Below, one piece after another: positions 10,351 to 19,956 of a stretch of DNA of 64,000 nucleotides. This stretch comes from an uncultured bacterium (GTDB taxonomy: Bacteria; Babelota; Babeliae; Babelales; Vermiphilaceae), in NCBI GenBank assembly GCA_963701085.1, contig OY969561.1, positions 192,001-256,000 on the forward strand, written 5' to 3'. Under the pieces are notes generated by a model. That model saw nothing but the letters and a program-made list of their open reading frames with translations. It did no database searches and was not told the DNA's origin. The translations under genes and the position numbers were made by a program. How positions within the stretch are numbered: position 1 is the first letter of the stretch; each line of letters begins with the position of its first letter.

Positions 10351-11358
10351 ATGATGCGTGTAGCAATTAATGGTTTTGGTAGAATTGGACGTAGTTTTTT
10401 GCGTTGTGTAGAACAAGATAAAAATTTACGTGACCGGATGGAAATTGTTGCCATTAATATTGGTAATTCACAGCCAGAATATGTAGCACACATGTTTAAA
10501 TACGATACGTTGATGGGATCATATCAAGGAGCAGTTTCTGTTGAACATGATGAATTAATTATCGATGGTCATCGTATAAAAATTCTTGCTGAGTTAGATC
10601 CAGAAAAATTACCATGGAATGCATTAAACATTGATTGGGTTGTTGATTGTTCAGGAAAATTTACGCATCGTGATGGTGCTCAAAAACATATTAAAGCTGG
10701 TGCACAGCGCGTATTAATTTCCGCTCCCGCGCACGATGAAGATGTTGCAATTATTCCTGGTGTAAATGAAGAACTGTTTAATCCCGAAAAGCATACCATT
10801 GTATCTTTGGGTAGTTGTACTACTAATGCATTTATGCCAACACTCAAAGTGATTGATGATGCATTTGGTATTGTGCGTGGCTGTATGACAACAACACATG
10901 CGTATACTAATTCACAAGTATTGTTGGATGTTGAAGCAAAAGATTTACGTTTTTCACGCGCGGCAGCACTCAATATTATTCCTGCTTCTACTGGTGCATC
11001 TGGTATGCTTGCAAAAATTTTACCACATCTAAAAGATAAAGTTTCTGCGGTTGCTATTCGCGTTCCTGTTGGCAAAGTGTCATTGATAGATTTGGTTTTT
11101 GAAACAAAAAAAGATCTATCAGTTGATGCAATTCATGATGCATTCAAGAATGCTGCGCAAGGAAAAATGAAAAATATTGCTGCGTTAACGATGGAACCAC
11201 TCGTTTCCAGTGATTTTAGCGGAGATCCCCATTCCGTTATTATTGATGGTCTTTTAACTAATACAAAAGGTACGATGGGACAAGTTTTTGGCTGGTATGA
11301 TAATGAATGGGGTTACAGTGTGCGTATGAAAGATTTTTTGATGTACGTGAATAAATAA
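10351..11358 (+). CDS. gapA: Type I glyceraldehyde-3-phosphate dehydrogenase
   Basis: INGFGRIGR, SCTTN catalytic Cys, WYDNEWGY; AAGGAG RBS just before 10351. Confidence 0.95.
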   Translation: MMRVAINGFGRIGRSFLRCVEQDKNLRDRMEIVAINIGNSQPEYVAHMFKYDTLMGSYQGAVSVEHDELIIDGHRIKILAELDPEKLPWNALNIDWVVDCSGKFTHRDGAQKHIKAGAQRVLISAPAHDEDVAIIPGVNEELFNPEKHTIVSLGSCTTNAFMPTLKVIDDAFGIVRGCMTTTHAYTNSQVLLDVEAKDLRFSRAAALNIIPASTGASGMLAKILPHLKDKVSAVAIRVPVGKVSLIDLVFETKKDLSVDAIHDAFKNAAQGKMKNIAALTMEPLVSSDFSGDPHSVIIDGLLTNTKGTMGQVFGWYDNEWGYSVRMKDFLMYVNK

Positions 11359-11372
11359 AATTTTTGTTTTAT

Positions 11373-11423
11373 AAAAGCCGGTAAGATTGCAATGTGTTTT
11401 TGTGCAATCTTACCGGCTTTTTT
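11373..11423. terminator. Bidirectional intrinsic terminator
   Basis: AAAAGCCGGTAAGATTGCA / TGCAATCTTACCGGCTTTT inverted repeat between convergent genes. Confidence 0.85.
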
Positions 11424-11425
11424 AG

Positions 11426-12077
11426 TTATTTTTGGCCAGGCTGAGATTTTTTTGCTAATGCAGGATTAAAAGCTTTGTTCATTTGCTCAACAACCTCATC
11501 TTTAATTTTTCTTAATGCATCCCAATCATTTGTAGATGGCTGTAATACTTTGAGCTGATTAAGTATTTGCGTATATTCTTCTTGTGGCAACTCTTTTGGT
11601 TGTGGCTGTGGTTGAATGATTGGTTTTTCTTGTACAAGTTTTGGGACTTGTTTTATTTGTTCTTCTGCGGCAAATAGAATGTTGTTTAACGTTGAAAGAT
11701 CTGCAGAATCGGGTGACCTTTGTTTGAGTGCTTGCAATATATCTTTATATGTTTGCATGTCAGCTGCGTCTTTTATATCGAATATTTTTGCTCTCATACC
11801 ACGTTTATTTTGTTGTATGAGGTCTATTTGGTATTCAGCTTCCTCTTTAATACCTTTTAAAGGAAAAAAATTAGCAGACTCAGTAGGCTTTTTTCTTTTC
11901 GAGTAAAGAAAATATTTCTGAATAGGTTGGCATTGTGTCAAATATTGTTTGTTGTGGCTGTGGTTGTATTACCGGTTGTTTTATTGGTGTGGGTTCTATT
12001 TTTTTGAGACTTTTTGCGTTCACATCTCCGATGGTAAGCAATGCTACGATTGCTAATGTATTTATCAAAAACTTCAT
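11426..12077 (-). pseudogene. Secreted hypothetical protein split by a 1-nt frameshift in an A6 run near 11890
   Basis: Signal-peptide ORF 11880-12077 and ORF 11426-11941 overlap and both carry IQPQPQ; removing one A joins them. Confidence 0.65.
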
Positions 12078-12235
12078 ACGAACTCCTTTTTTTAACTTTA
12101 ATCTAGTTTTTAATACCAGTTAATGGAGTTGAAGATCAAGAATTTGGTGAAATAGTTTTAAAAAAAGCTTCCTAGTATATTTATTTAGTTTTAGTATAAA
12201 CTTTCACTATTGGTTATAAAACTGCCATTAATAGC

Positions 12236-13147
12236 ATGGGAATGATAAAAATGAGAGTGATGGAAAAAAAGTATGAATTTATTGGGTTGATTTTTTTTGT
12301 GGTATTTTCAGTTGCTGCAAAAGAGAGTGAAAAGTGGGTTGAACATAAGGTAGAGATAGTCAAAGAAGGCAATTTTGCATTGCCACTTTCACAACAACCA
12401 GCGCCGTTGTTCAGTTTTGGGCAAAATCTTGTTGATAAACATGATTTGCTGGCATTTATATATCCATCGCAATTAAAAGGATCAAAATCAAATTTTATTG
12501 AAGTAGTGCCGTCTATTATTTATGGACTGACCGATAGAATGTCTTTATTTGTAGAATTACCAATTGTAGCAAAATTTAAGCATGAAGATACAAAATCGCA
12601 TGGTGTAGGTGATTTGGTTGTTCAATTGGAACAGATTATGTATGCACAAGAAACACCAACTTCAGTAAACGAAGTTACTGTTGTGGGTAATATAACGCTC
12701 CCGACCGGTTCAGCTACTAAAAATCCACCAACGGGATTAGGATCGCCATCGTTTTTTTTAGGAGTTACCTTGAGTCGTAGCAAGACAGATTGGTATTATT
12801 TTACGTCATTGGGAGGACATATAACGACTTTTCATAAACATAATAAGCCTGGTAATGAATTTTTATATCAATTTGGTGTTGGTAGGAATATTGCGTATAA
12901 GACAGATGGGTGGATTTTAAACTGGATGGTAGAATTAGATGGGATATATACCCATCGTGATATTGTATCAGAGGTAATTGATTGTAATAGTGGTGGGAAT
13001 ACACTCACATTAGGACCTTCTCTTTTTTTCTCCACGCGTCGGTTTGAAATAGATGCTGGTATTGCAGCGGTTGTTGCGCAACATTTATTTGGTAGTCAAA
13101 CTAAGGAACGCTATCTTGCTGGCTTCTATGCTGGTTGGAAGTTTTGA
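12236..13147 (+). CDS. Outer-membrane beta-barrel protein (MetA-pathway/phenol-degradation 'transporter'-like), paralogue 1
   Basis: Signal peptide, GxGDL, LPTG..GLGS, alternating beta strands, C-terminal GWKF; exact start uncertain. Confidence 0.7.
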   Translation: MGMIKMRVMEKKYEFIGLIFFVVFSVAAKESEKWVEHKVEIVKEGNFALPLSQQPAPLFSFGQNLVDKHDLLAFIYPSQLKGSKSNFIEVVPSIIYGLTDRMSLFVELPIVAKFKHEDTKSHGVGDLVVQLEQIMYAQETPTSVNEVTVVGNITLPTGSATKNPPTGLGSPSFFLGVTLSRSKTDWYYFTSLGGHITTFHKHNKPGNEFLYQFGVGRNIAYKTDGWILNWMVELDGIYTHRDIVSEVIDCNSGGNTLTLGPSLFFSTRRFEIDAGIAAVVAQHLFGSQTKERYLAGFYAGWKF

Positions 13148-13173
13148 GCCCCAATTACACGAGGATAAATAAG

Positions 13174-14070
13174 ATGAGTAATGGTGGTAGTTTGTATGTG
13201 TATGTTGTTCTGATTCTTTTTGCTGTGTGTTCTGCTACTGCAAAAGATAGTGAAAAATGGGTTAAAGAAAAAATAGAGCAGGTGCATGTTGGTAATTTTG
13301 CACTGCCTACATCTCAGCAGCCAGGACCATTAGTTGGTTTTGGTCAAAATATTATTGATAAAGGTGATTTGCAGCTGTTTGCGTATGGTGATCAATTAAA
13401 AGGAGCGCGGAAAAGTTTTGCAGAAGTTGCTCCTTCTTTATTGTATGGAATTACTGATAAATTTTCTTTGTTTATAGAGCAATCAGTTGCCGTAAAGTTT
13501 AAAAATGAGCAGTTTACATCGCATGGCTTGGAGGATTTGCTGGTACAACTTGAAGGTCTTATTTATGCACAAGAAACAACCGTAACAGTTAATGAAATTA
13601 CATTAGTTGGTAATATGACTTTTCCCACCGGTTCAGCTACCAAACAACCACCAACTGGTTTTGGTGCGCCAACATTTTTTTTAGGGTTTACGGTGAGTCG
13701 TACTAAACTAGATTGGTATTATTTTAGTGCCATGGGGGGGATAATAACAACATCACATCATAAGACTAAATTTGGTAAAGAATTTTTGTATCAGTTTGGC
13801 GTGAGTAAAAATATAGCATACAAAGCAGATAGATGGCTTTTGAATTGGATGGTTGAACTGGATGGTTTGTATAGGCAGCACAATAGAATACGCGGCATAG
13901 TTGATCGCAGTAGTGGTGGCAATACCATTGTTTTGGGACCTTCATTGTGGTTTTCTACGCAACGCTTTATTTTGCAAGGCGGGATATCGGCTGTTATTGC
14001 GGATCATCCATTTGGTACGCAGACTAAAAATAATTATTTTGCAGCAGCAAATGTTGGGTGGAAATTTTAA
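13174..14070 (+). CDS. Outer-membrane beta-barrel protein, paralogue 2
   Basis: Collinear with the previous ORF (GNFALPxSQQP, FPTGS, SGGNT, GWKF). Confidence 0.7.
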   Translation: MSNGGSLYVYVVLILFAVCSATAKDSEKWVKEKIEQVHVGNFALPTSQQPGPLVGFGQNIIDKGDLQLFAYGDQLKGARKSFAEVAPSLLYGITDKFSLFIEQSVAVKFKNEQFTSHGLEDLLVQLEGLIYAQETTVTVNEITLVGNMTFPTGSATKQPPTGFGAPTFFLGFTVSRTKLDWYYFSAMGGIITTSHHKTKFGKEFLYQFGVSKNIAYKADRWLLNWMVELDGLYRQHNRIRGIVDRSSGGNTIVLGPSLWFSTQRFILQGGISAVIADHPFGTQTKNNYFAAANVGWKF

Positions 14071-14071
14071 A

Positions 14072-14115
14072 CCCTTCGATACATTTTTGCAGACAAAAAC
14101 ACTCAGGGCGAGCGG
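14072..14115. repeat. Family-A repeat arm with enlarged inner hairpin
   Basis: CCCTTCGATAC-ATTTTTGCAGACAAAAAC-ACTCAGGGCGAGCGG directly after the stop codon. Confidence 0.75.
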
Positions 14116-14165
14116 AAAAAATAAATAACTCACAAACCAAAAAAATATAATGATTTATGCTATAA

Positions 14166-14621
14166 TTATTTTTTCATGAATTGTTTATAGTAAGCCATTT
14201 TGTCTTCTTGAGTATTGTTTTGTAGTGGATATGTTTTCATTTCGCTTTTTTTATCATCCCAACTGTTTTCATTATCCCAATTAATTGGGATTGGACACCA
14301 TTTCTGATAGGCTTCTTTTCTGCCTTTTTGAGTATTATTATACGTTGGAGAAGTGATAATGTAGGTTCTGTGCTTGAAATTGTTTATTGTCGAGAGCCTT
14401 GTGTGCATGCAGAGTATAGAACTGTTAAGGGTGAGTAATGTTACAACATAGTATGATTTACTATAGTTATTTATTTTAATTTTTTTTCTTGCGCTCGTCC
14501 TGAACTTGTTGAAGGATTTCTTCGAGCGCTCGAGGATATCCTTCAACAAGTTCAGGACGAGCGCATTAAGAAATTTAATATTTTTCGACTTAAGAGATAG
14601 CTTCTTATTTTTGTGCTTCAC
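14166..14621 (-). CDS. Small hypothetical protein; 5' part reads through a family-A repeat
   Basis: ORF with signal-like YYVVTLLTLNSSILCM segment; start and coding status uncertain. Confidence 0.35.
   Translation of the reverse strand: MKHKNKKLSLKSKNIKFLNALVLNLLKDILERSKKSFNKFRTSARKKIKINNYSKSYYVVTLLTLNSSILCMHTRLSTINNFKHRTYIITSPTYNNTQKGRKEAYQKWCPIPINWDNENSWDDKKSEMKTYPLQNNTQEDKMAYYKQFMKK
14491..14564. repeat. Family-A head-to-head dimer (74-bp near-perfect palindrome)
   Basis: 27-bp perfect inverted arms GCGCTCGTCCTGAACTTGTTGAAGGAT around central TCGAGCGCTCGA. Confidence 0.95.
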
Positions 14622-14698
14622 AAGCGCCGTTATTTGGTTTATTCTAATAATGCAGCTACGTATTTATCTACGTGCTTCTTGTTCATAAAAAAAGTGTG

Positions 14699-14775
14699 GG
14701 GCCTATAGCTCAGCTGGTCAGAGCAGTCGGCTCATAACCGAAAGGTCCCAGGTTCAAATCCTGGTGGGCCCACCA
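14699..14775 (+). tRNA. tRNA with CAT anticodon, probably tRNA-Ile2 (lysidine)
   Basis: Cloverleaf GGGCCTA..TGGGCCCACCA, anticodon loop CTCATAA; body resembles Ile2 rather than initiator or elongator Met. Confidence 0.85.
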
Positions 14776-14804
14776 AACATTACAGAAGAGCAGTAAGGAA
14801 ATAC

Positions 14805-15524
14805 ATGAGTGATCATCCATTTCTACGATTTATCAATCTCGTCAATTTTGATCAAAAGCTCCAATCTCTTGAAAATGAAACAATTACTATTGCTACTGAA
14901 GTTGCCGCTCTCAAAAAGCAGCAACAAGATTATACGCGTGATCTTGATGATCTACATAAGCGTGTTTTCCAGTTAAAAAAACAAGTAGATGAACAAGAGT
15001 TGGAAATGAAAACTCTTGATCAAAAAGAAAAAGATAAAAAGAAACATCTTGAAAACGTCTCCGATTATAAAGAGTATCAAGCAATTAAGACAGAAGTTGA
15101 AGCAATTCAGCGATTGCAGATTGAACAAGAACAACTTGTTTTAGATGCATGGAATAAGCTTGAAAATGCAGAACTAGCTTTACAGAAAAAAACAGTAGAA
15201 AGTGTTGATCAGATAAAGCAATTGCAGGAACAAGTACAAGAACGTGATACAAAAGCAGTAAGTTTAGTTGCAGAGATCAATCGTTTGACGGCAGAGCGGG
15301 TAGAAAAAGAGGCACAGGTGCCTGCTGAATGGTTGCAAAAGTACATAATGATGCGTGCTCGTGTAACAGATCCTGTTGTTGAAATAGTTCATCAAAGTTG
15401 TAGTGCGTGCTCTCACATGATTACGAGCCAGGAAATGGTTCGTGCAAAGCATGGAGCTCTTATACAGTGCCAAAAATGTTATCGTCTTTTGTATGCACCA
15501 GAAATTATGGAAAAACATACATGA
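14805..15524 (+). CDS. Coiled-coil protein with C-terminal C4 zinc ribbon (zf-RING_7/CT398-like)
   Basis: Long coiled coil, CSAC...CQKCYRLLY; typical neighbour of RNase HI. Confidence 0.85.
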   Translation: MSDHPFLRFINLVNFDQKLQSLENETITIATEVAALKKQQQDYTRDLDDLHKRVFQLKKQVDEQELEMKTLDQKEKDKKKHLENVSDYKEYQAIKTEVEAIQRLQIEQEQLVLDAWNKLENAELALQKKTVESVDQIKQLQEQVQERDTKAVSLVAEINRLTAERVEKEAQVPAEWLQKYIMMRARVTDPVVEIVHQSCSACSHMITSQEMVRAKHGALIQCQKCYRLLYAPEIMEKHT

Positions 15525-15985
15525 AAAAACCTTCCGTATGGACGCTGTTTGTAGATGGTGCATCGCGCAATAATCCGGGACCTTCTGGTGCCGGTATTTA
15601 TATTGAAAAAGATAATATATTGGAGATTAAAGAAGGTTATTATTTGGGTATAAAGACCAATAATCAGGCTGAATATTTGGCATTGATTTTTGGTCTTTTT
15701 ATTGTGCAAGAACATGTGCATAGCGGTGACACGGTGCGAATTATTTCTGATTCACAACTGCTTGTTCGTCAAGTGATGGGTGTGTATAAAGTTAGACAGC
15801 CACATTTGCAGCCCTTGCATGCGCTTTGTAAAATCATCATGCATAAGTTAGATGCTACTATTAATCATGTTTTGCGTGATGAAAATATGCAAGCAGATGC
15901 AATGGCTAATTATGGTGTTGATCGTAAAACAGTTCCCCCTAAACATTATATTGCATTATTGAAGCAGCATGACATTCTTCTCTAG
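15521..15985 (+). CDS. rnhA: Ribonuclease HI
   Basis: DGASRNNPG, TNNQAEY, DSQLLVRQ, HVLR..N..AD. Confidence 0.9.
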   Translation: MKKPSVWTLFVDGASRNNPGPSGAGIYIEKDNILEIKEGYYLGIKTNNQAEYLALIFGLFIVQEHVHSGDTVRIISDSQLLVRQVMGVYKVRQPHLQPLHALCKIIMHKLDATINHVLRDENMQADAMANYGVDRKTVPPKHYIALLKQHDILL

Positions 15986-17435
15986 ATTAGAACCTATTTT
16001 TAAACTAATTTTTTCCCGCGCTCGTCCTGAGCCTGTCGAAGGATATCCTCGAGCGCTCGAAGAAAACCCTTCAACAAGTTCAGGGCGAGCGCGGGAAGGA
16101 AATTTAGTATTTAGATATAGGATTTTATTTATCTTAATTTTGTTGGGAAACATATCTCTTGATGCCGCTCGCTGGCCATGGATAGTAACGTCTACAACGA
16201 GTCCATTGTCGGCAAAAAAATCTGTGGTGCGCTCTCGTGCAACGCTCAACAAAGCACGAACATCTGATATGTTGCATCATCTATTTCCCGGTGATGTTAT
16301 TTTTCAAGAATGTGTTCAACAAGATTCATTGGATGATATATGCGCACATGCACGCAAAAAACGGCACACTATTGTTCGTGTATTACTTGCTGAATGTGAT
16401 CTTGTTTCATCAGCCCAGTGGCATTTTACATCCCCCGAGGGTTTTACGGTACAGGCAATTAATAATGGTGATGATAAACCCAAAAAAATTCTTAAAGTTT
16501 CCAGTTTTGCTGTTGCGGTAAAATGTGGCTCTTTGTTTTGTAATGGTAAGCGATTAAAGCACGGAGTACGATTACGACCAGTAGGCGGACATGGAGAATT
16601 TAATGGAACTGCTTACGATGGTGATTTCTGTATAATTCAGCATAAAGATAATTTTTTATGTATAAATCAGGTTGAATTGGAAGATTATATTACTGCCGTT
16701 TTACGCACAGAAAGTTGGCCGGGATGGCCACTTGAAGTGAACAAAGTTTTTGCAATTGCTTGCCGTAGTTATGGTGCCTATAAAATACGAGAAGCAAAAC
16801 GCAGTGGACGACCGTATCATGTAAAAAATAGTAATGCGCATCAAACATATCAGGGTAGGCACGATATGCCGATACTTAAGGCTGCGGTTGAGCAAACAAG
16901 GGGTATAGTACTGGGTTTTGGGGGCGCACCTATTTTGGCAATGTTTGACTGCTGTTGTGGGGGGGTTATTCCAGCCCACATTGCTGATTTTGATTTTGCA
17001 AAAGTTCCTTATTTGGCTCGTACGTATGCATGTACACACTGTAAGGAGTCTTCACTTTATGTATGGAACGTATCGTATGAACTGGCAGCTTTTGAAGCAC
17101 TTTTAGCTCATTATAAGCACGAAATTACATGGTTGCATGATATTCATATTGTAAAAAAAGATAAGGCGGGCCTTGTTGCTGAAGTAAAACTCAAAGGGCC
17201 AAAAAAACATACAATTGTCTCCGGCAAGAAGCTCTATTCATTGCTTAAAGAAGTTAAATCCTTTCATTTTGATGTTCAAAAAAAGGCAGGAAAAATAGTT
17301 TTTACTGGTCGTGGATTTGGTCATCATCTTGGTTTATGCCAATGGGGTGCGCGTCAGATGGTCCGCGATGGGTGGGATTATAAGTCTATTCTGCGCTTTT
17401 ATTACCCCGGTGCTTATTTTATGCGTCTTACATAA
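15969..17435 (+). CDS. SpoIID/LytB-domain peptidoglycan lytic protein; N-terminal region contains an in-frame family-A repeat
   Basis: LEDYxxxVLxxE, AIACRSY, QTYQG, GRGFGHHLGLCQWGA, ILRFYYPG. Confidence 0.88.
   Translation: MTFFSRLEPIFKLIFSRARPEPVEGYPRALEENPSTSSGRAREGNLVFRYRILFILILLGNISLDAARWPWIVTSTTSPLSAKKSVVRSRATLNKARTSDMLHHLFPGDVIFQECVQQDSLDDICAHARKKRHTIVRVLLAECDLVSSAQWHFTSPEGFTVQAINNGDDKPKKILKVSSFAVAVKCGSLFCNGKRLKHGVRLRPVGGHGEFNGTAYDGDFCIIQHKDNFLCINQVELEDYITAVLRTESWPGWPLEVNKVFAIACRSYGAYKIREAKRSGRPYHVKNSNAHQTYQGRHDMPILKAAVEQTRGIVLGFGGAPILAMFDCCCGGVIPAHIADFDFAKVPYLARTYACTHCKESSLYVWNVSYELAAFEALLAHYKHEITWLHDIHIVKKDKAGLVAEVKLKGPKKHTIVSGKKLYSLLKEVKSFHFDVQKKAGKIVFTGRGFGHHLGLCQWGARQMVRDGWDYKSILRFYYPGAYFMRLT
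16013..16097. repeat. Family-A dimer, in frame (RARPEPVEGYPRALEENPSTSSGRA)
   Basis: TTCCCGCGCTCGTCCTGAGCCTGTCGAAGGA...CCCTTCAACAAGTTCAGGGCGAGCGCGGGAA. Confidence 0.92.
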
Positions 17436-17532
17436 AATATCTAGCGCTTTCAAATAGAACTAATTGTGCTATACTTGGTAAATATAATGCAGGTAAAATA
17501 GTGAATAATTAATGACTAAGGGATATTAGTTC

Positions 17533-18879
17533 ATGGCTTTTTTTTATGTAATGGTGATGACGTTTGTAATGATTTTACCGTCAGTAAGTTGTGCTGTTGA
17601 ATCAGTAAAAATAGTTCCAACAGGTTTAGAGCGAGTTTTTGCAATGAGCGGGGAAGTTGCTGTTAAACAACAGGAGATGTTAGCAAAAGCTACCGCTGAA
17701 ACTAAAACGATTGTAGATGGCGCAACAAAAAAGATTGATTTTGTTCGCGGTCTGTTATTTGTTGATGTAACAACGCAACAAGAAGCTGCAAAAATAATGA
17801 GAACAATTATTAAGCAGAATTCCATTGCTGCTCAAGCGCAACAGAAATTAAAAAGGTTACGCGAGCGATTAGCACAGGAAAATGAAGCTGATGATGCGCA
17901 GGATAGTTATGTGAGTAGATTGGTATTGGCGGTAAAAGATGTGGGGCATGATTTGGTTGCTCCATTTAGGTATACAAAGAATGAAAAAAATATAGCGCAG
18001 CAGATTATCTTTGGGTTGATGCAGCAACAAGCAAAAATCATGGAAGACTACCAAGCTTTACCGCTTTTTAGCGTTAGTAACAAAACTCAGCTCAGAAAAT
18101 GTTATGAAACAGCCATTGCGCAGCTTGATGATGAAATATATCGGCAGCAGTGTATTACTGGTGAAAAAAAGAGTTTTAAAAAACAGGTGGCTTTGTTAGC
18201 TGGTGGCGCAGCGGTAGCAGCTGCAGCGGCTTTGCTTGCGCATAAATTTTTGCTGCCAGAATTTTTGGGTGCATCAACACCTGAAAATGGGATAGTGATA
18301 AATAATAATAATGAATTAAAAGATGTTGAGCAAAATAAATTTGAGCAAATCAGCGAACTATCTTCTGTTGGATCATCTATCGTTGAAGAAGAAGTTGTTG
18401 TGCAAGATGAACAAACCCGCGCTCGTCCTGAGCCTGTCGAAGGATATCCCCGAGCGCTCGAAGAAAACCCTTCAACAAGTTCAGGGCGAGCGCAGCGAGA
18501 ATTGAACGCAGTGTTTACTACTGAGCCTGTCGAAGTATCAGGGCGAGCGCAGGAAGAAATTAGTTTAGAGATAGATGCTAATACAGAATTAAATTTGGAT
18601 CAGCCAAATGTGGTAGATCAAGCAAAAGAAGAATTAGATGGAACAGAAGTTTCTCAAAAAGATCAAGATTCTCAAGAAATTGTAATACCTAATCAACCTG
18701 TGGAAAAGGGATATTTGGATATTGCTAAGGATACTATCCAGTATTATTTGGGGTTGGGAGATGTGCCTGAGGAGGTAACGGAAAATAAACCATCAGTTAC
18801 GCAAGTAGTGATGGATGAAACCCCAGGGCTTGATGTAGAAAAAACAGCAATTGAAATAGGACAGTGCCCACTGATTTAA
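17533..18879 (+). CDS. Secreted/membrane hypothetical protein with acidic C-terminal region; in-frame repeat insertion; possibly 5' half of a frameshifted gene
   Basis: Signal peptide, Ala-rich hydrophobic helix, acidic tail. Confidence 0.7.
   Translation: MAFFYVMVMTFVMILPSVSCAVESVKIVPTGLERVFAMSGEVAVKQQEMLAKATAETKTIVDGATKKIDFVRGLLFVDVTTQQEAAKIMRTIIKQNSIAAQAQQKLKRLRERLAQENEADDAQDSYVSRLVLAVKDVGHDLVAPFRYTKNEKNIAQQIIFGLMQQQAKIMEDYQALPLFSVSNKTQLRKCYETAIAQLDDEIYRQQCITGEKKSFKKQVALLAGGAAVAAAAALLAHKFLLPEFLGASTPENGIVINNNNELKDVEQNKFEQISELSSVGSSIVEEEVVVQDEQTRARPEPVEGYPRALEENPSTSSGRAQRELNAVFTTEPVEVSGRAQEEISLEIDANTELNLDQPNVVDQAKEELDGTEVSQKDQDSQEIVIPNQPVEKGYLDIAKDTIQYYLGLGDVPEEVTENKPSVTQVVMDETPGLDVEKTAIEIGQCPLI
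18416..18565. repeat. Family-A trimeric module inside a coding frame
   Basis: Dimer plus third arm TACTGAGCCTGTCGAAGTATCAGGGCGAGCGC; near-identical to 18907-19056. Confidence 0.93.
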
Positions 18880-19781
18880 TTGAAAATGAATCAGTAATTG
18901 GATCTCCCCGCGCTCGTCCTGAGCCTGTCGAAGGATATCCACGAGCGCTCGAAGAAAACCCTTCAACAAGTTCAGGGCGAGCGCAGCGAGAATTGAACGC
19001 AGTGTTTACTACTGAGCCTGTCGAAGTATCAGGGCGAGCGCAGGAAGAAATTAGTTCAGAAGTAGGCCCTCTATTAGTAGACGAACAACCTGACGAAGAT
19101 ATTGTAATGCCTGAAGTAGTTGTACAACAAGAAGAACAACCTGAAAGTCAGCCAGAGCAACGAGAACAAGAAGAGTCTTTAAACGAGGACGCATTTAATT
19201 CAGCAATAGATGCAGACGGGAATCCGATCATACTTATGCCAACTATGCCTGCTGAACAGGATAATAAAGTGGACGATGTGCAACAAGCTGATGTCCCAAG
19301 TATAGCAATGTCTCTTAGGCAAGAGTTTGCCGCGGAGCAGGAAAAGTTAGACAATTTGAAGGCTGATTATGGGACGGGTTGGTGGACGAGTGTTACATTA
19401 GAAGAAAAAGAAGAGCAAGAAAAAAAAGTAGCACAAATAATTGAAAAAATAGTTGAGGAAGATGCTGCTTGGAATTGTGTGGTGAGTCAGCAACAAGATT
19501 TAAGAAATGCAGATATTATCCACAAGGCAGAGCTGTATCGCGTTGAGATGGATAGGTTAGAAGCAGAAGAAAAAATAGCGGAAAAAGAATATAATGCGGC
19601 GGTTGAAGCGCGAGATAAAAAATTAGAAAGTTCGTTCTTTCAAGCAAAGCAATTTTTGGGAATGCTTTTTGACAGAGGGGATTTGGAATATGAAGATTTA
19701 CAGCATAAAGTACAAATATCAGAATCTCGTTTGTGCGGCAAGAAGGCATTAAAAGATTGGCACATCAAAAATAAACCGTAA
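18864..19781 (+). CDS. Acidic coiled-coil hypothetical protein; in-frame repeat insertion; possibly 3' half of the preceding gene
   Basis: GTG start overlapping previous ORF by 16 nt; same acidic composition. Confidence 0.6.
   Translation: MPTDLIENESVIGSPRARPEPVEGYPRALEENPSTSSGRAQRELNAVFTTEPVEVSGRAQEEISSEVGPLLVDEQPDEDIVMPEVVVQQEEQPESQPEQREQEESLNEDAFNSAIDADGNPIILMPTMPAEQDNKVDDVQQADVPSIAMSLRQEFAAEQEKLDNLKADYGTGWWTSVTLEEKEEQEKKVAQIIEKIVEEDAAWNCVVSQQQDLRNADIIHKAELYRVEMDRLEAEEKIAEKEYNAAVEARDKKLESSFFQAKQFLGMLFDRGDLEYEDLQHKVQISESRLCGKKALKDWHIKNKP
18907..19056. repeat. Family-A trimeric module inside a coding frame (second copy)
   Basis: One mismatch (TATCCCCG vs TATCCACG) to 18416-18565 over ~150 bp. 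Confidence 0.93.
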
Positions 19782-19827
19782 AAACATGCATAACTTACTA
19801 TAGTTATTCGCTTCATGTATTTTTCCT

Positions 19828-19901
19828 GCGCTCGCCCTGAACCTGTTGAAGGGTTTCCCCGAGCGCTCGAAGATATCCTTCAACAAGTTCAGGACGAGCG
19901 C
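19828..19901. repeat. Family-A dimer between convergent genes
   Basis: GCGCTCGCCCTGAACCTGTTGAAGGG...TCCTTCAACAAGTTCAGGACGAGCGC. Confidence 0.92.
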
Positions 19902-19956
19902 GAGAAAAGATATAAATTTGGCAAGGCCATTTTTTTTGTTGCTATTTATCACTGTG

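Noticed and set aside
11885-11900. A_AAA_AAG programmed -1 frameshift
   Set aside because: Joining the ORFs needs a +1 shift, not -1.
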